A DNA stretch of 64,000 nucleotides from Acutalibacteraceae bacterium (GTDB lineage Bacteria > Bacillota > Clostridia > Oscillospirales > Acutalibacteraceae). This document shows positions 18,447 through 26,193 of the stretch, piece by piece. How positions within the stretch are numbered: the first letter of the stretch is position 1; the number at the start of each line of letters is the position of its first letter. Under the pieces are notes generated by a model. It was not told the DNA's origin, searched no databases, and saw only the letters and a list, made by a program, of their open reading frames with translations. The stretch spans positions 4,029 to 68,028 of the forward strand of contig JAZQJE010000031.1 in the NCBI GenBank assembly GCA_045541495.1, written 5' to 3'. The position numbers were made by a program, and so were the translations under genes.

Positions 18447-20477
18447 TTATTTACTCACATATTCTTTCTTTTTCTCGGTGCCGTGCAGAGCGTATTCCGT
18501 TTTGAGCTTTCGTTCGGTGCTCGCAATGAGCAACCCGATAACGGTGATCATCGCCGCTACGGCAATCAAACCACCAATCGCCGCGCCCATATTCAGAGTG
18601 GCGGGAGCGGTGAGAAGCGTGCCAACGGTATACACGAAGTAAGCAACCATGTACCCCACTTCCAGTTGCAGACCGATACCGCCCCACAACCATTTGGCAC
18701 TTTTCATTTCGGCGTTCATGGCACCGATAGCCGCAAAGCAAGGTGGCGAATACAGATTGAACATCAAATAGGCAAGTGCCGCTATCTTGGTGATGGCCAT
18801 GATGCCCGCCGCTTCGGCGCCCGCGCCTTCCATCAGCTGCAGTTCTTCCGCATCGATGAGGTTTTCAAGCCCCACAAAGCACACCGCCAAGGTGCCAACC
18901 ACATTTTCTTTCGCAATAAAGCCTGTGATTGCCGCCGCCGCCAACTGCCAACTGAGCACACCTACAATCGGTACTAACAAATAGGCAAAGGGACCCGCGA
19001 TAGAAGCTAAAATGGAGGTGTCGGCACTCTCCGCCACCTGAAACCGCCAATCGAAGGACTGCATGATCTGTACCACGGTGTTGCACAACAGGATGATGGT
19101 AGCGGCTTTCACAATGTACGCCCAACCGCGACTGCACATAGATTTAAACGCACCCCACAGGGACGGCGCTTTGTATTCGGGAAGTTCAATGATAAAAAAC
19201 GATTTTCTCGCTTTGTAGCCGGTGATCTTGTTCACCAACAACGCGCCGAAGAAGATGAGGACGATACCTGTCAAATACATGGTGGTGCTGACCCAACCCG
19301 CATTGTCAAAAAACGCACCGGCAAACAGGGAGATCACAGGGATCTTGGCACCACAGGGCATGAACGGCGCCAACATGGCCGTGGCACGGCGCTCTCGCTC
19401 ATTGCGAATAGTGCGGCTGGCCATGATACCGGGGACGGCACACCCCACCGTGATAACAAAAGGGATTACCGATTTACCCGACAGACCCACTCGCTTGAAA
19501 ATGGGGTCTAATACCACCGCCACGCGGGACATATACCCGCAATCTTCCAAAACGGCAATAAGAAAATACATCACCATTACGAGAGGTAAAAACCCGATCA
19601 CGGCGATCGCGCCGCCGATGACACCGTCAACAAGCAGTGCGTATAACAGGCGATCGGCGTTTACGAGCAGACCGCCCACCCATTCCTGAAACCGTCCCAG
19701 CCACGTGGTGAGTATATCGGCAACAGGTTGACCGACCCATACTTGAGAGATCTGGAATACAAGGAACATCACTACGGCAAAGATCGGAATACCTAACCAT
19801 TTATTGGTGAATACGTTGTCGATCTTATCACCGAAATTTTTGTCTTTGGTGAAGACTTTGCGATTTTCCACTTCTTTGACAAGGACGTTGACAAACGCAA
19901 AGCGTTTACGGTCAGCCGCTTCCACCGCTTTTTTGTCGGTCAGATCCACCACGCCCTGTATATACGGTGCTTTTTGTGTGGTATGCGCTTGCGCCACGGC
20001 CGCTTCTACCACTGCTTTCAACCCGTCAGCGGCAATGGATACCGTGTTAACGATGGGACATCCCAGCAGGGCAGATAATACCGCCGTATCAATTCTCGTT
20101 TCCTTTTTTTTGTTAACATCGCTCTTGTTCAGTGCCACCACCACGGGAATACCCAATTCTAACAACTGCGTCGTAAAAAACAAACTGCGACTTAAATTGG
20201 TGGCATCCACAATGTTGATGATCACATCGGGATTTTCTTGCTTTATGTACGAACTGGTAACGGCCTCCTCTCCTGTGAAAGGCGACATGGAATAAGCACC
20301 GGGAAGATCCACGGCAATTAACTGTTCCTCGCCGGTGTAATAGGTTCTTTTGATGGGATGTTCCTTTTTATCTACGGTAACGCCCGCCCAGTTTCCCACC
20401 TTTTCGTTGCACCCTGTCAACGCATTGTACATGGTGGTCTTGCCGGAGTTTGGGTTCCCCGCCAGTGCGATTCTCAT
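18447..20477 (-). CDS. feoB: ferrous iron transporter FeoB
   Basis: N-terminal G-domain GNPNSGKTT and DLPG, plus a large polytopic membrane domain. 676 aa. Confidence 0.95.
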   Translation of the reverse strand: MRIALAGNPNSGKTTMYNALTGCNEKVGNWAGVTVDKKEHPIKRTYYTGEEQLIAVDLPGAYSMSPFTGEEAVTSSYIKQENPDVIINIVDATNLSRSLFFTTQLLELGIPVVVALNKSDVNKKKETRIDTAVLSALLGCPIVNTVSIAADGLKAVVEAAVAQAHTTQKAPYIQGVVDLTDKKAVEAADRKRFAFVNVLVKEVENRKVFTKDKNFGDKIDNVFTNKWLGIPIFAVVMFLVFQISQVWVGQPVADILTTWLGRFQEWVGGLLVNADRLLYALLVDGVIGGAIAVIGFLPLVMVMYFLIAVLEDCGYMSRVAVVLDPIFKRVGLSGKSVIPFVITVGCAVPGIMASRTIRNERERRATAMLAPFMPCGAKIPVISLFAGAFFDNAGWVSTTMYLTGIVLIFFGALLVNKITGYKARKSFFIIELPEYKAPSLWGAFKSMCSRGWAYIVKAATIILLCNTVVQIMQSFDWRFQVAESADTSILASIAGPFAYLLVPIVGVLSWQLAAAAITGFIAKENVVGTLAVCFVGLENLIDAEELQLMEGAGAEAAGIMAITKIAALAYLMFNLYSPPCFAAIGAMNAEMKSAKWLWGGIGLQLEVGYMVAYFVYTVGTLLTAPATLNMGAAIGGLIAVAAMITVIGLLIASTERKLKTEYALHGTEKKKEYVSK

Positions 20478-20505
20478 GAATCTTCCTCCCGCTTTTTCCG
20501 TTTCG

Positions 20506-20521
20506 GTTAGCCTTTGCTAAC
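20506..20521. promoter_or_regulatory. palindromic operator candidate (copy 3) in the feoA-feoB spacer
   Basis: GTTAGCCTTTGCTAAC, a 6-4-6 inverted repeat of the same type as the two copies at the feoA promoter. Confidence 0.45.
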
Positions 20522-20558
20522 TGTTAAGCAAAAACAATCAGCCGATCGGTTTTTCCCT

Positions 20559-20771
20559 TTAGACAATAATCGCCTCGGCTAACTGACGATCGATACTGTA
20601 CCTGCCGTCTTTGATGGATACGATACACCCGCTGCGCAAATGAGACACCACCGTGATGGTCTCCCCGCTGTAGCAGCCGAGAGAAAACAAAAATGCGTTC
20701 AGTTCCTCATCATCCGTTTCAATCTGCTGAATGATGTATTCCTGCCCCTCTATGGCGTCTTTTAAAGTCAT
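20559..20771 (-). CDS. feoA: FeoA family iron transport accessory protein
   Basis: SH3-like FeoA sequence (LKDAIEGQEYIIQQIE...GETITVVSH). The ATG at 20771, preceded by GGTGA, is preferred to the ORF-track GTG at 20780. Confidence 0.85.
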   Translation of the reverse strand: MTLKDAIEGQEYIIQQIETDDEELNAFLFSLGCYSGETITVVSHLRSGCIVSIKDGRYSIDRQLAEAIIV

Positions 20772-20806
20772 CTGTATCACCGCGATCTCTCATGACATCG
20801 GTATTG

Positions 20807-20822
20807 ATTAGCCAACGCTAAC
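20807..20822. promoter_or_regulatory. palindromic operator candidate (copy 2)
   Basis: ATTAGCCAACGCTAAC (minus strand GTTAGCGTTGGCTAAT), in the feoA 5' UTR. Confidence 0.45.
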
Positions 20823-20841
20823 CGCCCTATGCAAAAATTGA

Positions 20842-20857
20842 GTTAGCCTATGCTAAC
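20842..20857. promoter_or_regulatory. palindromic operator candidate (copy 1)
   Basis: GTTAGCCTATGCTAAC, starting 7 nt downstream of the feoA -10 and overlapping the expected transcription start. Confidence 0.5.
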
Positions 20858-20864
20858 CTCACAC

Positions 20865-20893
20865 ATTATACCCCCGTCCTCCCCATTTGTCAA
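20865..20893 (-). promoter_or_regulatory. feoAB promoter (consensus)
   Basis: Minus strand reads TTGACA (20893-20888), 17 nt spacer, TATAAT (20870-20865). Confidence 0.65.
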
Positions 20894-21117
20894 TCCCTTT
20901 TTCCATAAAATTTTCCATCGAACCATCATTTTATATTAAAACAGCCTGCACATGAATATTGAAAAGTGAAGTGATTCACTGATGGGAAAGAAAAGAAAAT
21001 CGTATGTGCTCTCCTCTGAAATTGCCGTTATTTTTTCAATTCCACACAAAATCCAGGGGAAAATGTGGAGTTGGGTGTAAAATGTGCAAAAAAATGGTTT
21101 AAATTTTAAAAAAGGCT

Positions 21118-21145
21118 TTGCATTGAGTTGAATCTGTGATATAAT
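21118..21145 (+). promoter_or_regulatory. ppdK promoter
   Basis: TTGCAT (21118-21123), 16 nt spacer, extended -10 TGaTATAAT (21137-21145). Confidence 0.5.
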
Positions 21146-21230
21146 ACTTGCGGCTATTCGGGCACCCGATAGCATTTTGTTTCTGTTGTCAGTAAAAGAC
21201 ATGAAAAATACGTAGGAGGTTGACTGAAGA

Positions 21231-23861
21231 ATGAGTCACAAGTTTGTCTATCTGTTCAGCGAAGGCGACGCGTCCATGCGTGAGTTGCTGGGTGGTAAAG
21301 GCGCTAACTTGGCCGAAATGACCAAGATCGGCTTGCCGGTTCCCCAGGGCTTTACCGTTACCACGGAGGCCTGCACCCAGTACTATGAAGATGGCCGCAA
21401 GATCAACGAGGACATCCAAGCCCAAATCATGGAGTACATCGATAAGATGGAAGGCATCACCGGTAAAAAATTCGGTGATAAAGAGAACCCGCTTCTCGTT
21501 TCCGTCCGTTCCGGTGCCCGTGCTTCCATGCCCGGCATGATGGATACCATTTTGAACCTTGGTTTGAACGAAGACGTGGTACAGACCATGGCTGCCAAGT
21601 CCGGCAACGCTCGTTGGGCTTATGACTGCTATCGTCGTTTTATTCAGATGTATTCCGACGTAGTTATGGAAGTCGGTAAAAAATACTTTGAGGAACTCAT
21701 CGATAAGATGAAGGAAGAAAAAGGCGTCACCCAAGACGTGGACCTGACCGCCGACGATCTCAAAGAATTGGCTTGCCAGTTCAAAGCCGAATACAAAGCC
21801 AAGATCGGCAAGGACTACCCCACCAATCCCAAAGAGCAGCTCATGGGCGCTGTGGAAGCGGTATTCCGTTCTTGGGACAACCCCCGTGCCAACGTGTATC
21901 GCCGTGACAACGACATTCCCTATTCCTGGGGTACTGCCGTTAACGTACAGATGATGGCGTTCGGTAACATGGGCGACAACTGCGGTACCGGCGTTGCCTT
22001 TACCCGTGACCCCGCTACCGGCGAGCCCGGTTTGATGGGTGAGTTCCTCACCAACGCCCAGGGCGAAGACGTGGTGGCCGGTGTCCGTACGCCCATGCCC
22101 ATCGCTGAGATGGCGGAGAAGTTCCCCGCCGCATTCGAAGAATTTAAGAAGGTCTGCGCGATCTTGGAAGACCACTATCGCGATATGCAGGATATGGAGT
22201 TTACCGTGGAAGACGGCAAACTGTATATGTTACAAACCCGTAACGGCAAACGCACCGCCAAAGCCGCGTTGAAGATCGCTTGCGATCTGGTGGACGAGGG
22301 TATGATCGACAAGAAACAGGCGGTCGCCATGATCGATCCCCGTAATCTGGATACCTTGCTCCATCCCCAGTTCGACCAAAAAGCCCTGAAAGCCGCTACT
22401 CCCGCGGGTAAAGGTCTGGGTGCTTCTCCCGGTGCCGCTTGCGGTCGCGTGGTATTCACCGCGGAAGATGCCGAAGCATGGAATGCCCGCGGCGAAAAAG
22501 TGGTATTGGTCCGTTTGGAGACCTCTCCCGAAGATATCACCGGCATGAAGGCTTCTCAGGGTATTCTGACCGTGCGCGGCGGTATGACTTCTCACGCCGC
22601 CGTTGTGGCCCGTGGTATGGGTACCTGCTGCGTATCCGGTTGCGGCGAGATCAAGATGGACGAAGAGAACAAGAAGTTCGAGTTGGCCGGTAAAGTGTAC
22701 AACGAAGGCGATTACATCTCCATCGACGGTTCTACCGGTAACATCTACGACGGTATCATCCCCACCGTGGATGCGGAGATCGCCGGCGAGTTCGGCCGTA
22801 TCATGCAGTGGGCGGACGAGTTCCGTACCCTGAAAGTTCGCACCAACGCCGACACCCCCACCGATGCGAAAAAAGCTCGCGAGTTGGGTGCGGAAGGTAT
22901 TGGTCTGTGCCGTACCGAGCACATGTTCTTCGAAGCCGATCGTATTGCGGCGTTCCGTGAAATGATCTGTGCCGATACCGTGGAAGAGCGCGAAGCCGCT
23001 CTCGACAAGATCCTGCCCTATCAACAGGGTGACTTCGAAAAACTGTACGAAGCACTGGAAGGCTGCCCCGTGACTATTCGTTTCCTCGATCCTCCGCTGC
23101 ACGAGTTCGTACCCACCGAAGAAGCCGATATCGAGTTGTTGGCCAAAGCGCAGGGTAAGACCGTGGCGGACATCAAGAACATCATCTCCGGCTTGCACGA
23201 GTTCAACCCCATGATGGGTCACCGTGGTTGCCGTTTGGCTGTCACCTATCCCGAAATCGCCAAGATGCAGACCAGCGCTGTTATCCGCGCTGCCATCAAC
23301 GTCAAGAAGGCCCATCCCGATTGGGATCTCGTTCCCGAGATCATGATCCCCTTGACCGGCGAAGTGAAGGAAATGAAGTTCGTGAAAGACATTGTGGTAG
23401 CTACCGCTGATGCGGAGATCGCCGCTGCGGGTGCTGATCTGAAATACGAAGTGGGTACCATGATGGAGATCCCCCGTGCGTGCCTCACCGCTGACGAGAT
23501 CGCCAAAGAAGCCGAATTCTTCTGCTTCGGTACCAACGATCTGACGCAGATGACCTTCGGCTTCTCCCGTGACGATGCCGGTAAGTTCCTCACCGCGTAC
23601 TATGACAGCAAGATCTATGAAAACGATCCCTTCGCCAAGTTGGATCAAAACGGCGTTGGTAAGTTGATGGATATGGCGGTCACCCTCGGCAAGAAAGTGC
23701 GTCCCGAGATGCATTGCGGCATCTGCGGCGAGCACGGCGGCGGCCCCGTTTCCGTCGAGTTCTGCCACCAGATCGGCCTTGGCTATGTATCCTGCTCGCC
23801 TTTCCGCGTGCCGATCGCCCGTCTCGCCGCCGCTCAGGCTGCAATTAAGGACAACAAGTAA
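21231..23861 (+). CDS. ppdK: pyruvate, phosphate dikinase
   Basis: 876 aa. N-terminus LLGGKGANLAEM, phosphohistidine region GGMTSHAAVVARG, and the PEP-utilising C-terminal barrel (CRTEHMFF, GTNDLTQ). AGGAGG RBS. Confidence 0.97.
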   Translation: MSHKFVYLFSEGDASMRELLGGKGANLAEMTKIGLPVPQGFTVTTEACTQYYEDGRKINEDIQAQIMEYIDKMEGITGKKFGDKENPLLVSVRSGARASMPGMMDTILNLGLNEDVVQTMAAKSGNARWAYDCYRRFIQMYSDVVMEVGKKYFEELIDKMKEEKGVTQDVDLTADDLKELACQFKAEYKAKIGKDYPTNPKEQLMGAVEAVFRSWDNPRANVYRRDNDIPYSWGTAVNVQMMAFGNMGDNCGTGVAFTRDPATGEPGLMGEFLTNAQGEDVVAGVRTPMPIAEMAEKFPAAFEEFKKVCAILEDHYRDMQDMEFTVEDGKLYMLQTRNGKRTAKAALKIACDLVDEGMIDKKQAVAMIDPRNLDTLLHPQFDQKALKAATPAGKGLGASPGAACGRVVFTAEDAEAWNARGEKVVLVRLETSPEDITGMKASQGILTVRGGMTSHAAVVARGMGTCCVSGCGEIKMDEENKKFELAGKVYNEGDYISIDGSTGNIYDGIIPTVDAEIAGEFGRIMQWADEFRTLKVRTNADTPTDAKKARELGAEGIGLCRTEHMFFEADRIAAFREMICADTVEEREAALDKILPYQQGDFEKLYEALEGCPVTIRFLDPPLHEFVPTEEADIELLAKAQGKTVADIKNIISGLHEFNPMMGHRGCRLAVTYPEIAKMQTSAVIRAAINVKKAHPDWDLVPEIMIPLTGEVKEMKFVKDIVVATADAEIAAAGADLKYEVGTMMEIPRACLTADEIAKEAEFFCFGTNDLTQMTFGFSRDDAGKFLTAYYDSKIYENDPFAKLDQNGVGKLMDMAVTLGKKVRPEMHCGICGEHGGGPVSVEFCHQIGLGYVSCSPFRVPIARLAAAQAAIKDNK

Positions 23862-23926
23862 TTGTTGACTTTATAAAAACAGAACGGATCCCCACCGATT
23901 GCTCGGTGGGGATTTTTATTGCAAAG
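23797..23926 (+). repeat. module copy 0: native ppdK 3' coding tail plus terminator plus GCAAAG
   Basis: TCGCCTTTCCGCG...GCCGCTCAGGCTGCAATTAAGGACAACAAGTAA, a spacer containing TTTATAAA, and hairpin CCCCACCGA-ttgc-TCGGTGGGG. It is homologous to 25134-25251 and 25994-26105. Confidence 0.7.
23888..23918 (+). terminator. ppdK intrinsic terminator
   Basis: ATCCCCACCGA-ttgc-TCGGTGGGGAT followed by TTTTTAT. Confidence 0.85.
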
Positions 23927-23990
23927 CATATGAAAATATGGTATGCTTTCTCTATAAATATGTACAGCTGTGATTTGATAGGAGATACAA

Positions 23991-25121
23991 ATGAAAGTTG
24001 TAGTTGCAATAGACTCTTTCAAAGGGAGTTTATCTTCGTTGCAGGCGGGTAATGCCGTTAAAGAAGCTATCTGCCGATTAGGCGGCAATGCAGAGGTTTT
24101 GGTGAAGCCTTTGGCGGATGGCGGTGAGGGTACTGTTGAAGCTTTAGCAGAAACCTCTAATGCTGAAATGGTGGAGATAGAGGTTAATGGTCCTTTAATG
24201 AAGCCCGTAATAGCGAAATATTGCGTTTTTAAGGATACGAATACTGCGGTTATAGAAATGGCAGCCGCCTCTGGAATAACCCTTGTATCTCCCGAAGACA
24301 GAAATCCTTTAGAAACTACAACTTTTGGTGTTGGCGAACTTATTAAAGATGCTATTAATAGAGGCTGCACACGATTTGTTGTTGGCATTGGTGGCAGTGC
24401 TACTAATGATGGCGGTACGGGTATGCTTACCGCCTTAGGTTATGAGTTGTTAGATAAAAATGGCAACCCGATTGTGTTTGGTGCAAAAGGATTAAAAGAT
24501 TTAAATAGGATTAAAACCGATAATGTTTTACCCGAACTTAAATATTGCGAGTTTAATATCGCTTGCGACGTTACAAATCCACTTTGTGGGGAAAGCGGTT
24601 GCAGTGCAGTGTACGGCCCACAAAAGGGTGCAACACCCGAAATGATTGAAGATATGGATGGTTGGCTTGAGAAATATGCTGAATTAGCAAAAAGTGTTTC
24701 AAGCAAATCGGATAAGGACTATGCGGGAGCGGGTGCGGCAGGTGGATTAGGTTTTGCGTTTTTGTCCTTTACCAATGCTACTCTTAAATCGGGAATCCAA
24801 ATTATTTTAGATGAAATAAATATCGAAGCCGACATAAAAAATGCTGACATAGTTGTAACGGGAGAGGGTCGTCTCGATTCTCAAACCGTCCAAGGCAAGG
24901 CCCCTATCGGTGTGGCAAAACTTGCAAAAAAATATGGCAAAAAAGTAATTGCTTTTTCGGGTTGTGTAACGGATGATGCCGAAGTATGCAACGAACACGG
25001 AATAGATGCGTTTTTCCCTATATTAAGGGGCGTTACGACCTTGGAAGAAGCACTCGATACCAATAATGCATATAAAAATTTAACCGCTACGGCTTATCAG
25101 GCGTTCAGATTGCTGTTTTAA
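23991..25121 (+). CDS. glxK: glycerate kinase
   Basis: N-terminus MKVVVAIDSFKGSLSSLQAG, then PLADGGEGT and the VVTGEGRLDSQTVQGKAP motif of the glycerate kinase family. It is visibly AT-richer than its neighbours, with A/T-ending codons. Confidence 0.9.
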   Translation: MKVVVAIDSFKGSLSSLQAGNAVKEAICRLGGNAEVLVKPLADGGEGTVEALAETSNAEMVEIEVNGPLMKPVIAKYCVFKDTNTAVIEMAAASGITLVSPEDRNPLETTTFGVGELIKDAINRGCTRFVVGIGGSATNDGGTGMLTALGYELLDKNGNPIVFGAKGLKDLNRIKTDNVLPELKYCEFNIACDVTNPLCGESGCSAVYGPQKGATPEMIEDMDGWLEKYAELAKSVSSKSDKDYAGAGAAGGLGFAFLSFTNATLKSGIQIILDEINIEADIKNADIVVTGEGRLDSQTVQGKAPIGVAKLAKKYGKKVIAFSGCVTDDAEVCNEHGIDAFFPILRGVTTLEEALDTNNAYKNLTATAYQAFRLLF

Positions 25122-25133
25122 CAAGTGATTATT

Positions 25134-25251
25134 AATTTCCCTCTTTTGCGGTTTGCACCACAGGCTGCAATCAAAGAATCTAAGTAATTAGATTTATAAA
25201 GCAAAACTCATCGCCCTACCGATTTTTCGGTGGGGCGATTTTTGTGCAAAG
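25134..25251 (+). repeat. module copy 1: degenerate ppdK-tail remnant plus homologous terminator
   Basis: TTCCCTCTTTTGCGGTTTGCACCACAGGCTGCAATCAAAGAATCTAAGTAA reads SPLLRFAPQAAIKESK*, versus native SPFRVPIARLAAAQAAIKDNK*. It is followed by TTTATAAAG, the hairpin TCGCCCTACCGA-tttt-TCGGTGGGGCGA plus T-run, and GCAAAG. Confidence 0.7.
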
Positions 25252-25321
25252 TTCTTTCTATTTAAAATACAATGTGATATAATGTAGCAAAACAACAAAC
25301 AAAGTTTGACGGAGAACTACT

Positions 25322-25993
25322 ATGACAATGAAATTGTTTCTTGAGGCAATAACGAAATTTTTATTAGGTGTTGCTCTGGTTGGGTTATTGATATTCTTAC
25401 CTGCTGGTACTTTTTCTTATTTTAACGGCTGGTTATTGATGGGGATTTTATTCGTGCCAATGTTCTTTGCAGGAATTGTAATGATGTTCAAAAATCCTGA
25501 CCTATTAAGAAGCAGACTGGATGCAAAAGAAAAGCAAAAAGAGCAAAGCCTTGTTGTAAAATTGAGCGGTCTTATGTTTTTGGTGGGCTTTGTCCTTGCG
25601 GGACTTGGTGTCCGTTTCCATTGGTATATCTTGCCGACGGGTGTAGTAATCGGTGCGGCGGTTATATTTCTAATTGCATATTTTCTCTATGCAGAGGTGC
25701 TCCGTGAAAACACATACCTTAGCCGCACGATTGAAGTACAAGAAAATCAAAAGGTAATTGATACGGGGTTATATGGCATTGTCAGACACCCGATGTATAG
25801 TGTGACTTTGCTTTTGTTTTTATCAATACCGATTGTGTTGGGCTCTGTCTATTCGTTTTTTGTTTTTCTCGCATACCCTTTCATCATAGCAAAACGGATT
25901 AAACACGAAGAAAAATTCCTTGAAGAAGAGCTTGATGGTTATCGTGAATATAAGCGAAAAGTCAAATACCGTTTGATACCGTTCATTTGGTAA
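25322..25993 (+). CDS. isoprenylcysteine carboxyl methyltransferase (ICMT/PEMT-like) family membrane protein
   Basis: 5-6 TM helices, with C-terminal GLYGIVRHPMYSVTLLLFL and EEKFLEEELDGYREYKRKV motifs typical of the ICMT/phospholipid methyltransferase family. AT-rich composition. Confidence 0.8.
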   Translation: MTMKLFLEAITKFLLGVALVGLLIFLPAGTFSYFNGWLLMGILFVPMFFAGIVMMFKNPDLLRSRLDAKEKQKEQSLVVKLSGLMFLVGFVLAGLGVRFHWYILPTGVVIGAAVIFLIAYFLYAEVLRENTYLSRTIEVQENQKVIDTGLYGIVRHPMYSVTLLLFLSIPIVLGSVYSFFVFLAYPFIIAKRIKHEEKFLEEELDGYREYKRKVKYRLIPFIW

Positions 25994-26105
25994 TAAATTC
26001 CCCTCTTTTGCGTACTGCGACTCAGGCTGCTGTTAAGGATATGAAATACATCATACCCTAAAACAAAATTTATCCGCCCGAATTTCTTCGGGCGGATTTT
26101 TTTGT
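25994..26105 (+). repeat. module copy 2: second ppdK-tail remnant plus related terminator
   Basis: TTCCCCTCTTTTGCGTACTGCGACTCAGGCTGCTGTTAAGGAT aligns with copy 1 and with the ppdK tail (..QAAVKD..). It is followed by AAAACAAAAT and the hairpin ATCCGCCCGA-atttct-TCGGGCGGAT plus a T-run (26072-26104). Confidence 0.6.
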
Positions 26106-26193
26106 ATTTTTCTTGTTCGTTGAATGTGAACATGGTATACTGTATATAGATTTACAAGACGACAAGCAATCGTCTTCTTTAAGGAGAAAATTC

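Noticed and set aside
20936-21202. 88-aa minus-strand ORF in the AT-rich feoA-ppdK intergenic region
   Set aside because: It has no RBS and its composition is typical of AT-rich non-coding DNA (F/I/K/L-rich). It overlaps the predicted ppdK promoter. I see no supporting motif.
21189-23768. Two long antisense ORFs (328 aa at 21189-22175 and 512 aa at 22230-23768) opposite ppdK
   Set aside because: They lie entirely inside the confidently identified ppdK CDS. Their translations are low-complexity (G/H/V/D-rich) with no motifs or RBS. Open antisense frames of this kind are expected from the GC-rich third codon positions of ppdK.
23862-26193. Integron-like cassette array (terminator hairpins acting as attC) or a classical integrative element at ppdK
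   Set aside because: There is no intI-like integrase, no attI, and no R'/R'' core sites (GTTRRRY) at the hairpin bases. There is no tyrosine or serine recombinase anywhere in the window. The repeats clearly derive from the ppdK coding tail rather than from attC-type palindromes. This is reported as a capture hotspot rather than an integron.
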